Positions 10,274 to 20,498 of a DNA stretch of 64,000 nt are shown one piece after another. Below the pieces are notes generated by a model. It was not told where the DNA came from, searched no databases, and saw nothing but the letters and a program-made list of their open reading frames with translations. Position 1 is the stretch's first letter; each line of letters opens with the position of its first letter. The translations under genes were made by a program, and so were the position numbers. Source of the DNA: Bacillota bacterium (GTDB taxonomy: Bacteria; Bacillota; Clostridia; Acetivibrionales; DSM-1351); assembly GCA_023426005.1 (NCBI GenBank), contig JAFABO010000221.1, positions 5,721 to 69,720 of the forward strand. The letters are read 5' to 3'.

Positions 10274-11212
10274 CTAGAATACACGGTAGCCGGCAAATTT
10301 ATCTGCCATATAATAGGATGTTATAATGAATATCAAAGAAACTATTGACTTAAAAAGGCCTGCTGCCGTCGATAACGAGTATTGTACATCTACCATACCA
10401 AGACGATACACCATTGTGTCAAGTATATCACCGGTAGAGTACACAGCCGGACTATACAGGTTATAAATCTGTTCAAACCCGCCGTTTAATACATTCGCAA
10501 GACTAAGCACCGACATCAGTACGATAATACTGGTAATGCCGGGCAAGGTTATATGCCAGGTCTGCTGCATACGGCTTGCTCCATCAACAGTAGCCGCTTC
10601 ATATAAAAACGGATCAATTCCGGTAAGTGCAGCAAGGTAAATGACTGAAGTAAACCCGAAGGTCTTCCAGATATCCGTTATGATCATTGTATTCGGGAAC
10701 CATTCAGGAGATCCTAGAAAAAAGATTGGTTCAAAGCCAAAATAAGATATAATCTGATTTACAACCCCGGTTGACGGCGAAAGGATATCAGCAAAAATAC
10801 CTGCAAGTATAACCCAGGAGAGAAAATTCGGAAGGTATACCATAGTCTGAATACTGCGTTTTACTTTCATTTTGCTCACTTCATTAAGCATAAGAGCAAA
10901 GAGAACCGGTATAATAATACCAAGAATCATTTTCATTAGTGCAATATAGATAGTATTGCCGATAACATTCCAGGTATCAGGGAGATTGAACAACTGTTCA
11001 AAGTTCTTTAAACCAACCCATTTTGAACCAAACAAACCTTTGGCAGGAACAAACTTCTGAAATGCTATTGAAATCCCGGCTATAGAACCATATTGGTAAA
11101 TACCAACTATAATGATTGCCGGGATAAGCATTACATATAGAGGAAGTTCTCTGTATAGTCGTGAATTTTTGAATGTTTTCTTTTTATGATTTTCTTTTTT
11201 AACTATTTCCAT
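10274..11212 (-). CDS. Carbohydrate ABC transporter permease (LplB-like)
   Basis: YEAATVDGAS loop; start ATG 11212 behind GGGAGGG SD. Confidence 0.92.
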   Translation of the reverse strand: MEIVKKENHKKKTFKNSRLYRELPLYVMLIPAIIIVGIYQYGSIAGISIAFQKFVPAKGLFGSKWVGLKNFEQLFNLPDTWNVIGNTIYIALMKMILGIIIPVLFALMLNEVSKMKVKRSIQTMVYLPNFLSWVILAGIFADILSPSTGVVNQIISYFGFEPIFFLGSPEWFPNTMIITDIWKTFGFTSVIYLAALTGIDPFLYEAATVDGASRMQQTWHITLPGITSIIVLMSVLSLANVLNGGFEQIYNLYSPAVYSTGDILDTMVYRLGMVDVQYSLSTAAGLFKSIVSLIFIITSYYMADKFAGYRVF

Positions 11213-11237
11213 TAGTCCAAAGACCCTCCCTTTATTA

Positions 11238-11276
11238 TGGAATGAATGCCGAAACAGTCTTCCGGCATTCATTCCA
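11238..11276 (-). other. Stem-loop between solute-binding gene and permease
   Basis: TGGAATGAATGCCG / CGGCATTCATTCCA perfect 14-bp inverted repeat. Confidence 0.75.
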
Positions 11277-11315
11277 ATTATTTAACTTCTGAACATACAG
11301 CTGATGTTAATCAGA

Positions 11316-13004
11316 TTATTTAGGGGGGTACATGGTTTCGAGATCGTCAAGTATTTTCTTGCCGCCTACTTTAAGCCAGTTCTGGACAAAGGTATCAAAA
11401 GTGCTGTCTACGTCGGCGCCCATAATCATTTTAGTGTACTGTTCCAGAACCATTTTTTCCAGAGTCGGGCCATATTCAACGTAGCTATCCGGTTGGACTC
11501 CCATTATACTCTGTACAAGAGCATTGTCCGGCTGATATTTTGTCTGGATAATATGCATTGATCCGATTTGAGAGTATACACCCCATAGACCATATGCATC
11601 GCTCTTTTTGGATTCGCCTTTTTCAAACGCCATATAGGTATTATATTTAGTCACCATATCCTGTGGCAGAGATGAAACATCGCCCGTTTTGTTAACCTCG
11701 CGGTAAATCGGAGCAAAGGTAGTTTCCTGAGGTTCATTTATCCAACATGGATTGAAACGGTACTGTTCGTCATTAGTGTAAATATCTGCCGTTTCTTTGG
11801 GCATATCAAGGTTGCAGATTGTGTTGTAGTGATTATATATTTTTATTACAGCTTCAGGGTTCTTACATTTTGCATTAACCATTAAGATATCACCTGAACA
11901 GTTGCTGTTGTAACCCAATTTGTAATCATAGCCTTCCTGGGTGGGAATAGGGTAGGGATGTACTACGGCACCGTAGTTTTCAAATGCAAGGTTCCAGGGA
12001 TACCAGGTACCCCATTGCTGCCCAAACGCCATACCGATCTTACCTTTGCCGATATCCTCAGCGAGGCCTGACTGGTCTTTTACAACAAATTCCTTGTCTA
12101 TAATTTTATCTTTGTACATCTTTTGAACGAATTTGAGCACTTCCTTCATTTCAGGCTGGATCACAGGGCTGGTAACTTTACCGGATTTATCCCTGTAGAA
12201 CATTTCCTGTCTGAAAAGAGGAACCCCCCAGGCACCGGAAAGACCTAAAAGTGAAGCGTGGTCAGCCGATACAATTTGGTTGTGAAGACCCAGTCCAAAA
12301 GTGTCATCTTTACCGTTTTTGTCCGGGTCTTTGTATGTAAATGCGTAAGCCAGATCATAAAGTTCGTCAATAGTAGTTGGAGCCTTCATGCCCAGATTGT
12401 CCAGCCAATCCTGACGGATCCACAGCAGCGTAGCCATCTGTGTATTATCATTCAGAGACGGGATACCGAACATTTTACCATCAAAACTTACATAATTGAA
12501 ACTGTCTTTATATTTGTCTTTCACTCCGGACATGTACTCACCGGCATATGAATCAAATACTTCTGTCAGGTCTTTAAGGTAACCAGCCTCATAGGCCTGC
12601 TTAAAAATAGAATAGTTTCCCTTGAATATGTCCGGAAGGTCGCCGGAAGCAAGGCAAAGTTTTAACTTATTGTTGTATGCTTCGGTGTTAAGGTCAGCTG
12701 TCCACGCAACTTTGAGATCAACGTTTAAGTCTTCCTTAATCTTACGTGACCAAACGTTATTATCATAGGTATCACCGTTTTTGAACTGCTGTACCGAAGT
12801 TGCAGGAACACCCCATGTCAAGGTCACCGCTTCGCCGTATTTGCCTATTGGATCATTCTTAGAAGCCGTGGATGCACCGGAAGCTGTAGAAACAGAAGTT
12901 GAGGAACCTGATGATGCAGCCGTTGGTTCACTATTACCGCATGCTGCCAGAGAAAAAGCCAGAATACCGCTAAGAAGCATTGCCAAAAGTTTTTTGCTTT
13001 TCAT
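11316..13004 (-). CDS. Oligosaccharide ABC transporter solute-binding lipoprotein (LplA-like)
   Basis: Lipobox LAAC, Ser/Thr linker, ASGDLPD, WIRQDWLDNLG..PTT.DE. Confidence 0.92.
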   Translation of the reverse strand: MKSKKLLAMLLSGILAFSLAACGNSEPTAASSGSSTSVSTASGASTASKNDPIGKYGEAVTLTWGVPATSVQQFKNGDTYDNNVWSRKIKEDLNVDLKVAWTADLNTEAYNNKLKLCLASGDLPDIFKGNYSIFKQAYEAGYLKDLTEVFDSYAGEYMSGVKDKYKDSFNYVSFDGKMFGIPSLNDNTQMATLLWIRQDWLDNLGMKAPTTIDELYDLAYAFTYKDPDKNGKDDTFGLGLHNQIVSADHASLLGLSGAWGVPLFRQEMFYRDKSGKVTSPVIQPEMKEVLKFVQKMYKDKIIDKEFVVKDQSGLAEDIGKGKIGMAFGQQWGTWYPWNLAFENYGAVVHPYPIPTQEGYDYKLGYNSNCSGDILMVNAKCKNPEAVIKIYNHYNTICNLDMPKETADIYTNDEQYRFNPCWINEPQETTFAPIYREVNKTGDVSSLPQDMVTKYNTYMAFEKGESKKSDAYGLWGVYSQIGSMHIIQTKYQPDNALVQSIMGVQPDSYVEYGPTLEKMVLEQYTKMIMGADVDSTFDTFVQNWLKVGGKKILDDLETMYPPK

Positions 13005-13110
13005 TATAGTCCCATCCTTTTTAATTATTTTGCTAGACTAGTTCTTTTACATATACCCAGTGAGGGGTAACTTTGCTAGTTTTGGGATTAATAACAGACT
13101 GCAGTTCTGG

Positions 13111-13470
13111 ACACGTGTTACCATTATTCCCAAAAAAAATGGTCAAAAAGGTTTAGTTTAACTAAAGATCAACCCGGGATGATACATTTAAACCATATTA
13201 TACCTCAATCAGAGTATTTTTAATAGAGCTATCTTGTAAATTATGTTAGCATAAGTAACACGTGTTTGCAACACTTATTTGTTATTTTTTATCAAAATTA
13301 TCATTTATTTTTATGTACAATTTATGCAAATTGCCCCAGGCATCACCTCCCATGTGCATTTCTGAAACACTTCAGTATTGTGTTTTTACATTTTCTATGA
13401 TATTATAGGCATATTAGGTAAATAATTTTATCTAAAATATGTTGATTTAAAGAGAGAATAAACACGTTTT
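13111..13470. promoter_or_regulatory. Candidate LacI operators (AACACGTGTT palindrome family)
   Basis: ACACGTGT 13111-13118, AACACGTGTT 13257-13266, AACACGTTTT 13461-13470 in the divergent intergenic region. Confidence 0.6.
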
Positions 13471-13471
13471 T

Positions 13472-14509
13472 ATGGCTAAAATAAAATTAAACAGCACAGA
13501 GATTGCTAAACTTGCAGGCTTTTCACGCAGCACTGTCAGCCGTGTTATTAATGGTTACAGCAATGTTCCCAAGGCAACTCGTGATAAAGTTATGAAGATT
13601 ATAGAAGAATATGAATATTACCCTTCTTTTTCAGGTCAGGTCCTTGCCGGTAAGAAAACACAGACCATTGGTCTGTTTTGGGTTTCCAGCGGTACTATTT
13701 CATATGATATGCAGTCAAGTTCTTTTGTTACCCATATTATTGAAAGTGCTGCAAAGCAGGGCTATCTTGTACTTACATGCATCGTGCCCAATCTGAAGGA
13801 TTCTGAACACCAAAACCAGATTAAACGTATATTTTTGCAGGAGCGCGTTGATGCGGGGATATTTGTCGGTCTGAATAATAACGAACCCTTTGTTAAAGAA
13901 TTGATTTCCTGGGACAAAATTATCGGTATATTTGATTATTATAATGATAATGCCAATCCTAATCTTATCACTGTAAACTTTGAAAATGAAACAGGCGAAA
14001 AGGTAATTGATTATGTGCATAGCCTGGGGCATCGTAAAGTTGCATTAATTGATGGTAACATGAGCCGGTTCAGTTCATTCCAGCGTCACGAGGGCTTCAT
14101 CCGGGGCATGCTCAAGTATCAGATCGAAATGCGCCGTGAATGGATGCATTATGGCGATGTTATAGAGCAAGGTGGATATTACGCCACTAAAGACCTGATC
14201 CGATACAGCGAAGAACTTCCCACAATTATCTGCGCCAATAATGATGCTGTTGCATTCGGAGCTTATCACGCACTTTCCGAGGCGGGGGTATCTATCCCTG
14301 ATCAGGTTTCAGTTATAGGCATAGACGGTCATGAACGCGGAAAACTTATTAACCCGCAGCTGACCACTTTTAGTTTCAATTTTGAAACCTTATTTTCGTC
14401 TCTGGTTTCACGGGTTGTGGCAGCTATTGAGGGGCGCAACGAAGGCAGAAACGATGAAATCATTACAAGTACATTGATTGAACGTACTTCTTGCAAGGAA
14501 ATGAAATAA
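13472..14509 (+). CDS. LacI-family transcriptional regulator
   Basis: EIAKLAGFSRSTVSRVIN HTH; C-terminal CANND..AFG, SVIGID. Confidence 0.93.
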   Translation: MAKIKLNSTEIAKLAGFSRSTVSRVINGYSNVPKATRDKVMKIIEEYEYYPSFSGQVLAGKKTQTIGLFWVSSGTISYDMQSSSFVTHIIESAAKQGYLVLTCIVPNLKDSEHQNQIKRIFLQERVDAGIFVGLNNNEPFVKELISWDKIIGIFDYYNDNANPNLITVNFENETGEKVIDYVHSLGHRKVALIDGNMSRFSSFQRHEGFIRGMLKYQIEMRREWMHYGDVIEQGGYYATKDLIRYSEELPTIICANNDAVAFGAYHALSEAGVSIPDQVSVIGIDGHERGKLINPQLTTFSFNFETLFSSLVSRVVAAIEGRNEGRNDEIITSTLIERTSCKEMK

Positions 14510-14532
14510 AGTTCCATTTCCTTGCAGCTTTT
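14492..14532 (+). terminator. Intrinsic terminator overlapping the LacI stop codon
   Basis: TGCAAGGAAATG / CATTTCCTTGCA 12-bp stem followed by GCTTTT. Confidence 0.6.
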
Positions 14533-14572
14533 CTGAACACGTGTTATAAACATGTTTTGAATCTTGTATTCT

Positions 14573-15604
14573 TTATTTATCCAATCGCTTTTTCAAATTC
14601 CTTATAGAGTGCCTGTTAATTATGTTTGCAGATAAAAGTATCTTTTCTGCAGGTTCTTCAGAGCCGCTCATTTTTTGCAGCAATTTACATACGGCCCTCC
14701 TGCCCATTATTTCCTTCTGAACCCTCATTGTCGAGAGTTCCGGGGTTACACTCCGGGATGTCTCTATGTCGTCAAAACCCATTATGGACACTTCCCCGGG
14801 TACCGATATTCCCATGCTTAATAAAACCTTCAGGATTACAAGAGCTTCGGCATCATTGCAGCAGAAAAACGCAGTCGGAATTCCTGCTCCGTTTTTCATT
14901 TCTTCAATTATCAAGGCTATTTCTTCATTGTCCACATTTTCAAGTTTGCGGTCAATTACCGAGTACCCGGGGTTATAACCGAGACCGTATTCCCTCAATG
15001 CCTTCAAATATCCCTGATACCTGTCATAAAAACTGACAGAGGCATAAATATCCCCCAGAAAACCTACATTTGCATGTCCGCTGTTTATCAGATACTCAGT
15101 GGCAAGGTAGCCGCCGCATTGATTATCTGTCAACACGCAGTCCATAACCAGATCATCAAAATAATTATCCACCATAACTACAGGCAAATCATAGGTTATT
15201 ATGGCATTGACAGTCCTGCGGGATATCCTGCCAAGAGTGATTATACCTGAAACCATACCGTCTTTGACACAGTTTGGTATTTCAAATATTTCATCTCTTT
15301 CGTCATAATAATGTATAATTGTATTCACATTGTTCTTCTTTGCCTCATCTTCAATTCCCAACTGTATGAAACTGAAAAATCCTATTGAATCCCGGGTGCT
15401 TTTGGCAATGACCAGGCAGAGGTTTCGTGTTGTCTGCTGCCGGGTATTGCTTTTATATTTGTAGCCCATGCCTTCTGCAGCGGTTTCTATGGTTTTTCTT
15501 GTTGTTTCACTTATTCCGGGCATGCCGCGGAGTGCCAGTGAAACTGTATTTTTTGAAATGCCCAGTTTTAATGCAATGGAATCCATTGTTACTTTTTTTG
15601 CCAT
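14573..15604 (-). CDS. LacI-family transcriptional regulator (divergent from GH130 operon)
   Basis: VTMDSIALKLGISKNTVSLAL HTH; FFCCND, SIMGFDD. Confidence 0.93.
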   Translation of the reverse strand: MAKKVTMDSIALKLGISKNTVSLALRGMPGISETTRKTIETAAEGMGYKYKSNTRQQTTRNLCLVIAKSTRDSIGFFSFIQLGIEDEAKKNNVNTIIHYYDERDEIFEIPNCVKDGMVSGIITLGRISRRTVNAIITYDLPVVMVDNYFDDLVMDCVLTDNQCGGYLATEYLINSGHANVGFLGDIYASVSFYDRYQGYLKALREYGLGYNPGYSVIDRKLENVDNEEIALIIEEMKNGAGIPTAFFCCNDAEALVILKVLLSMGISVPGEVSIMGFDDIETSRSVTPELSTMRVQKEIMGRRAVCKLLQKMSGSEEPAEKILLSANIINRHSIRNLKKRLDK

Positions 15605-15698
15605 ACTTCCTCCAGACTCAAGAATGGTGTGAATATTTGATGCTTCCTTTGTAATTATATATTGAATTATAGCATAAATACTGTTTTATTTAAAGCAT

Positions 15699-15714
15699 TT
15701 TGTAATATTACAAA
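15699..15714. promoter_or_regulatory. Candidate operator, perfect 16-bp palindrome
   Basis: TTTGTAATATTACAAA between the divergent LacI and GH130 genes. Confidence 0.5.
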
Positions 15715-15842
15715 TAATATTATTTTTACTTTACATATTAAAAGTTTTTAAGTATTATAATATTATATATATTAATATTTCATGTTATACAATTAGAGTA
15801 TCAACGAATTTTATAGTATTATTTTTTTAAGGAGGCGCTGTA

Positions 15843-16853
15843 ATGCAGATTATTGGCAAAGCTTTAAAAAATATCCCCTGGGAGGAAAAACCCGAAGGTT
15901 TCGGCGGAGTTATCTGGAGACATTCGGGCAATCCCATCATTGACTGGAACCCCACCCCAAGCACAGCAAGAGTATATAACAGTTCTGTCGTTCCCTGGGG
16001 CAGCGGCTTTGCAGGGATCTTCAGAGCGGATCACAAGGACGGTAAAGCCCGTATTCATGTGGGGTTCAGCGACGATGCCCTCAGCTGGAAAATTGAAGAT
16101 GAACCCATACAGTGGTATGACAGTGACGGGAAACTCTATCAGCCCAGCTATTCCTATGATCCACGGCTTGTGGAGGTAGAAGGTACATATTATATCATCT
16201 GGTGCACCGATTTCGGCGGAGCCTCCCTTGGCCTGGGAATGACCAGGGATTTCAGGAAATTTATACGCCTCGAAAACCCCTTCATCCCCTTCAACAGAAA
16301 CGGTGTTCTGTTTCCGAGAAGGATAGACGGAAAATACCTGCTTCTCAGCAGACCCAGCGACACTGGCCATACCCCCTTCGGAGATATTTTTTTGAGCGAA
16401 AGTCCGGATATGGTCCACTGGGGGCGGCACAGACGGGTAATGCAAAAGGGAGGCTCAGGCTGGTGGCAAAGTGTAAAGATAGGCGCCGGAGCTGTTCCCA
16501 TAGAAACTACCGAAGGCTGGCTGCTGCTCTACCACGGCGTGTCCGGCACCTGCAACGGTTTTGTTTACAGCTTCGGAGCGGCACTTCTCGATATAGACAA
16601 TCCCTCCAGGGTTTTATACCGTACCAGGGATTACCTGCTGACCCCCGAAAGACCCTATGAAACCGCCGGCTTTGTACCCAATGTCGTTTTCCCCTGCGCA
16701 GCCCTGACGGATGCAGACACCGGAAGAATCGCAATATATTACGGTGCTGCCGACACTTATTCGGCCCTGGCATACACCAGGATAGACGAATTGATCGGCT
16801 TTATAAAAGCCAATTCGGAACTTGTGGCGGGGGATTCCGAGGAATATAGATAG
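15843..16853 (+). CDS. GH130 beta-1,4-mannooligosaccharide phosphorylase
   Basis: YNSSVV, YSYDPR, PFNRNGVLFPR, HTPFGDIF, VPNVVFPC, YYGAADT. Confidence 0.9.
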   Translation: MQIIGKALKNIPWEEKPEGFGGVIWRHSGNPIIDWNPTPSTARVYNSSVVPWGSGFAGIFRADHKDGKARIHVGFSDDALSWKIEDEPIQWYDSDGKLYQPSYSYDPRLVEVEGTYYIIWCTDFGGASLGLGMTRDFRKFIRLENPFIPFNRNGVLFPRRIDGKYLLLSRPSDTGHTPFGDIFLSESPDMVHWGRHRRVMQKGGSGWWQSVKIGAGAVPIETTEGWLLLYHGVSGTCNGFVYSFGAALLDIDNPSRVLYRTRDYLLTPERPYETAGFVPNVVFPCAALTDADTGRIAIYYGAADTYSALAYTRIDELIGFIKANSELVAGDSEEYR

Positions 16854-16856
16854 TAA

Positions 16857-16889
16857 ATAAGGCCAATCAACCTCCTTTATTGGCCTTAT
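16857..16889 (+). other. Intra-operon stem-loop
   Basis: ATAAGGCCAAT / ATTGGCCTTAT 11-bp inverted repeat right after the GH130 stop. Confidence 0.6.
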
Positions 16890-16972
16890 AGCAAATATGG
16901 GAGTGAACAAATTTCATTACATTTTGCAGCCGCTATGCGGCTCAAAGCCATAATATGGCTTAGGAGGTCAAT

Positions 16973-18181
16973 ATGGAGAAGCATGATATTAAAAATCTCG
17001 TAAGCGGATTTGAGCATGAGCTCAAGAATAATATTCTGCAGTTCTGGATCAATCATTCGATTGATGATCAAAACGGCGGTTTTTACGGTTATATATCCAA
17101 TGGACTGTCTCCTGATGCAAAACATGATAAAGCCTCGGTGCTTAATTCCAGAATACTTTGGACGTTCTCCACAGCTTACAGATACTACAGGGATGAAAGG
17201 TATCTTGTTATGGCAAAAAGAGCTTACGATTATATAATCAAGTACTTTATCGACGATAAATATTCAGGTGTGTACTGGATGCTGGACTATAAAGGGAACC
17301 CCGCAGATACAAAAAAACAGACCTACTCCATTGCTTTTGCAATATACGGTCTGTCGGAATTCTACAGAGCTACCGGTATGAAGGAAAGCCTGGAGCATGC
17401 CGTCCGGCTGTACCGGTCAATAGAAAACAATATTTATGATGCCGGCCGGCAGGGTTACATGGAGGCCCGTGCAAGGGATTGGTCACCCACGCCCCACATG
17501 AGTTTAAGCGTTAAGGATATGAATGTTGAAAAATCCATGAACACGCATTTGCATGTTCTGGAGGCCTACACAAATCTGTACAGGGTGTGGAAGGACAAAA
17601 GCCTGGAGAAAAGTCTCCAGGAACTGATAACTGTCACCATTGACCATATCATCAACCCCCTCACCTTCCAATTCCAGCTTTTCTTTGACAGGAACTGGAC
17701 CTCCCTCTCCAAAGCCGTATCCTACGGACATGATATCGAAGGCAGCTGGCTGTTGTATGAGGCTGCAGAAGTGCTGGGAAATGAGGCCATGCTCTCAAGA
17801 GTGCGGTTGATATCCGTTTTAATGGCCAAAAAGGTATTTACCGACGGGGTAGACAGACTTAACGGAGGACTTTTCTATGAACTGGAAAATGGTTCACTGG
17901 AAGACTTTAAGGAATGGTGGCCCCAGGCAGAAGCCGTAGTGGGTTTTACCAATGCCTATCAGCTGTCAGGAGAAACCTGCTATCTGGACGAGGCTTGCAG
18001 TATGTGGAAATTCATTGGCAGGCATATTATCGACAGGGTAAACGGTGAATGGTTCTGGGGAACCACAGCCGACGGTTCGCAGATTATAGGGGATCAAAAG
18101 GCCGGGCCCTGGAAATGTCCCTACCACAATAGCCGGATGTGTTTCGAAATGATAGAAAGACTGGGTAAGTATACTTCTTAA
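16973..18181 (+). CDS. Cellobiose/mannobiose 2-epimerase (AGE family)
   Basis: LNSRILWTFS, KSMNTHLH, SYGHDIEGSWL, WWPQAE, WKCPYHNSR. Confidence 0.92.
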   Translation: MEKHDIKNLVSGFEHELKNNILQFWINHSIDDQNGGFYGYISNGLSPDAKHDKASVLNSRILWTFSTAYRYYRDERYLVMAKRAYDYIIKYFIDDKYSGVYWMLDYKGNPADTKKQTYSIAFAIYGLSEFYRATGMKESLEHAVRLYRSIENNIYDAGRQGYMEARARDWSPTPHMSLSVKDMNVEKSMNTHLHVLEAYTNLYRVWKDKSLEKSLQELITVTIDHIINPLTFQFQLFFDRNWTSLSKAVSYGHDIEGSWLLYEAAEVLGNEAMLSRVRLISVLMAKKVFTDGVDRLNGGLFYELENGSLEDFKEWWPQAEAVVGFTNAYQLSGETCYLDEACSMWKFIGRHIIDRVNGEWFWGTTADGSQIIGDQKAGPWKCPYHNSRMCFEMIERLGKYTS

Positions 18182-18204
18182 AGTAAATAAAATATTTTAT
18201 AGTC

Positions 18205-19410
18205 ATGGAGAAAAAATTTATGATATTTGATGATAGGCTCCGGTATATGGTACAGGAGCATAACAGCCTGACAGGCAGGAAAAATTCAAAATTAAAAGGC
18301 GGAAACGGTATTTTTGACAGATACCAATATCCCGTAATCACAAATGAGCATATTCCTCTGTTCTGGAGATACGATTTAAACAAGGAAACCAACCCGTATC
18401 TCATGGAACGCATGGGTGTCAACTGTGCATTCAATCCGGGAGCAATTGAATTGGATGGAACGGTTTATCTGATGGTCCGGGTGGAAGGCACCGACAGAAA
18501 GTCCTTCTTTGCTGTAGCCGAAAGTGATAACGGAATTGATAACTTCAAGTTTTGGGACTACCCTGTTGTAATGCCTGAAACTGAAAATCCAGATGTAAAC
18601 GTATATGATATGAGGCTGGTAAAGCACGAGGACGGCTGGATATACGGACTTTTCTGCACTGAAAGAAAAGATCCGGCCGCTCCCTCCGGTGACACTTCAA
18701 GTGCCGTGGCAGCATGCGGTATAGCAAGAACAAAGGATTTGAGAGACTGGGAGCGCCTGCCCGACCTTAAGACCTCCTCCCCGCAGCAGCGCAATGTTGT
18801 GCTCCATCCTGAATTCATCAAGGGCAGGTACGCCCTCTATACCCGGCCGCAGGACGGTTTTATCGATACCGGGAAAGGCGGCGGTATTGGGTTCGGCTAT
18901 ACCGGCAGTATGGAAAATGCGTGCATTGATGAAGAAATTCTGATGGAATGTAAGGAATACCACACCATAAAAGAGGTCAAAAACGGACAGGGTCCTGCTC
19001 CCATAAAAACACCGAAGGGCTGGCTCCACATTGCCCACGGGGTACGAAACACCGCTGCCGGCTTGCGCTACGTGGTTTATGCCTTCCTGTCGGAGCTGGA
19101 GCATCCGGAACAGGTCACAAAACGCCCGGGCGGATTCCTCATAGCTCCGGAAGGCGAAGAACGTATTGGTGACGTATCCAATGTTGTATTTTGTAATGGG
19201 GCTGTAGCAAGGGCTAACGGAGATATTCTCATTTACTATGCCTCTTCTGACACAAGGTGCCATGTTGCAGCCACCACAGTGGACAAAATGCTGGATTATG
19301 CAATGAACACCCCCGAGGACCCTCTGAGAAGCTATGCCTGTGTACAGCAGCGAATAGAGCTGATTTCCAGGAATCTTGAATTGCTCAGCAGTAAGAAAAT
19401 TATATTGTAA
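18205..19410 (+). CDS. GH130 4-O-beta-D-mannosyl-D-glucose phosphorylase
   Basis: [46 protein letters not shown]. Confidence 0.92.
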   Translation: MEKKFMIFDDRLRYMVQEHNSLTGRKNSKLKGGNGIFDRYQYPVITNEHIPLFWRYDLNKETNPYLMERMGVNCAFNPGAIELDGTVYLMVRVEGTDRKSFFAVAESDNGIDNFKFWDYPVVMPETENPDVNVYDMRLVKHEDGWIYGLFCTERKDPAAPSGDTSSAVAACGIARTKDLRDWERLPDLKTSSPQQRNVVLHPEFIKGRYALYTRPQDGFIDTGKGGGIGFGYTGSMENACIDEEILMECKEYHTIKEVKNGQGPAPIKTPKGWLHIAHGVRNTAAGLRYVVYAFLSELEHPEQVTKRPGGFLIAPEGEERIGDVSNVVFCNGAVARANGDILIYYASSDTRCHVAATTVDKMLDYAMNTPEDPLRSYACVQQRIELISRNLELLSSKKIIL

Positions 19411-19422
19411 CCGGAGGAGCTT

Positions 19423-20379
19423 ATGAATCTAAGTCATGGAGATATGCCCCTGGAGGAGCTGGAAAGGTATACCGGCAGCACTCCCTGTCCCGCCGACTTT
19501 GATATTTTCTGGGACAAAGCACTGGAAGAAATGCGTGCTGCAGTTCCGGAGGTGGAACTCATCCCCTCCGATTTTGTCAAAGTGCCCTTTGCCGAGTGCT
19601 TTGATCTTTACTTTACAGGTGTCGGCGGCGCACGTATTCACGCAAAATATCTGAGGCCGAAGGCCTCCCCGCAGCTCTGCCCCGCTGTCCTCAAGTTTCA
19701 CGGCTATGCATGGCATTCGGGCGACTGGCACGACAAGCTTAATTATGTGGCCATGGGCTTTTGTGTTGCGGCTCTTGATTGCCGGGGACAGGGAGGTATG
19801 TCGGAGGACACCGGGTGTATAAAGGGTCCTACCCTGCGCGGACACATTATCAGAGGTATTAACGACTCTCCTGAGAAAATGTTGTTCAGGCAGATATACC
19901 TGGATACGGCTCAGCTGGCCAATATAGTAATGGGCTTCCCGGAGGTGGATGAGAGCTATGTGTGTACAACCGGAGAGTCCCAGGGAGGAGCGCTGGCACT
20001 GGTATGCGCCGCGCTTGAACCCAGGATTGCCAAAGCGGCCCCTGTACATCCATATCTCAGTGATTTCAAGAGATATTGGTACCTGGATGCACAGGATGAA
20101 ATAAGGGAGTACTTCCGGTTCTTCGATCCCATGCACCTGAGAGAAAAAGAAATATTCAAGAAACTTGGTTATATAGACATACAGAATCTTGTAAAAAGAA
20201 TAAAGGCAGAGGTTTTATTCGCCACCGGACTTCTGGATCAGGTATGCCCTCCTTCAACGCAATTTGCAGCCTACAATAAAATCCCGGCTGCAAAACAAAT
20301 GCTGCTGTTCCATGATTATGCACATGAATATTACCCTCAACTGAATGATTATATATTTAAATTTATTTGTAATATTTAG
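19423..20379 (+). CDS. Carbohydrate esterase family 7 (acetylxylan/acetylmannan esterase)
   Basis: FHGY, DCRGQGG, GESQGG nucleophile elbow, DQVCPPST, HE. Confidence 0.9.
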   Translation: MNLSHGDMPLEELERYTGSTPCPADFDIFWDKALEEMRAAVPEVELIPSDFVKVPFAECFDLYFTGVGGARIHAKYLRPKASPQLCPAVLKFHGYAWHSGDWHDKLNYVAMGFCVAALDCRGQGGMSEDTGCIKGPTLRGHIIRGINDSPEKMLFRQIYLDTAQLANIVMGFPEVDESYVCTTGESQGGALALVCAALEPRIAKAAPVHPYLSDFKRYWYLDAQDEIREYFRFFDPMHLREKEIFKKLGYIDIQNLVKRIKAEVLFATGLLDQVCPPSTQFAAYNKIPAAKQMLLFHDYAHEYYPQLNDYIFKFICNI

Positions 20380-20436
20380 TGGACAACTCTTAAAGAACAA
20401 AGCCCGGCTGCACTCCCGCAATTTGAACATAAACCG

Positions 20437-20498
20437 ATAACTCCTTCCCAGTACAGCAGTATCTATAAAACAATATTTCTGTACTGGGAAGGAGTTAT
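20437..20498. terminator. 20-bp perfect hairpin between convergent genes
   Basis: ATAACTCCTTCCCAGTACAG (20437-20456) / CTGTACTGGGAAGGAGTTAT (20479-20498). Confidence 0.6.

Noticed and set aside
15864..20159. Several long minus-strand ORFs over the GH130/epimerase/CE7 genes
   Set aside because: Fully overlap well-supported genes, no recognisable motifs or SD
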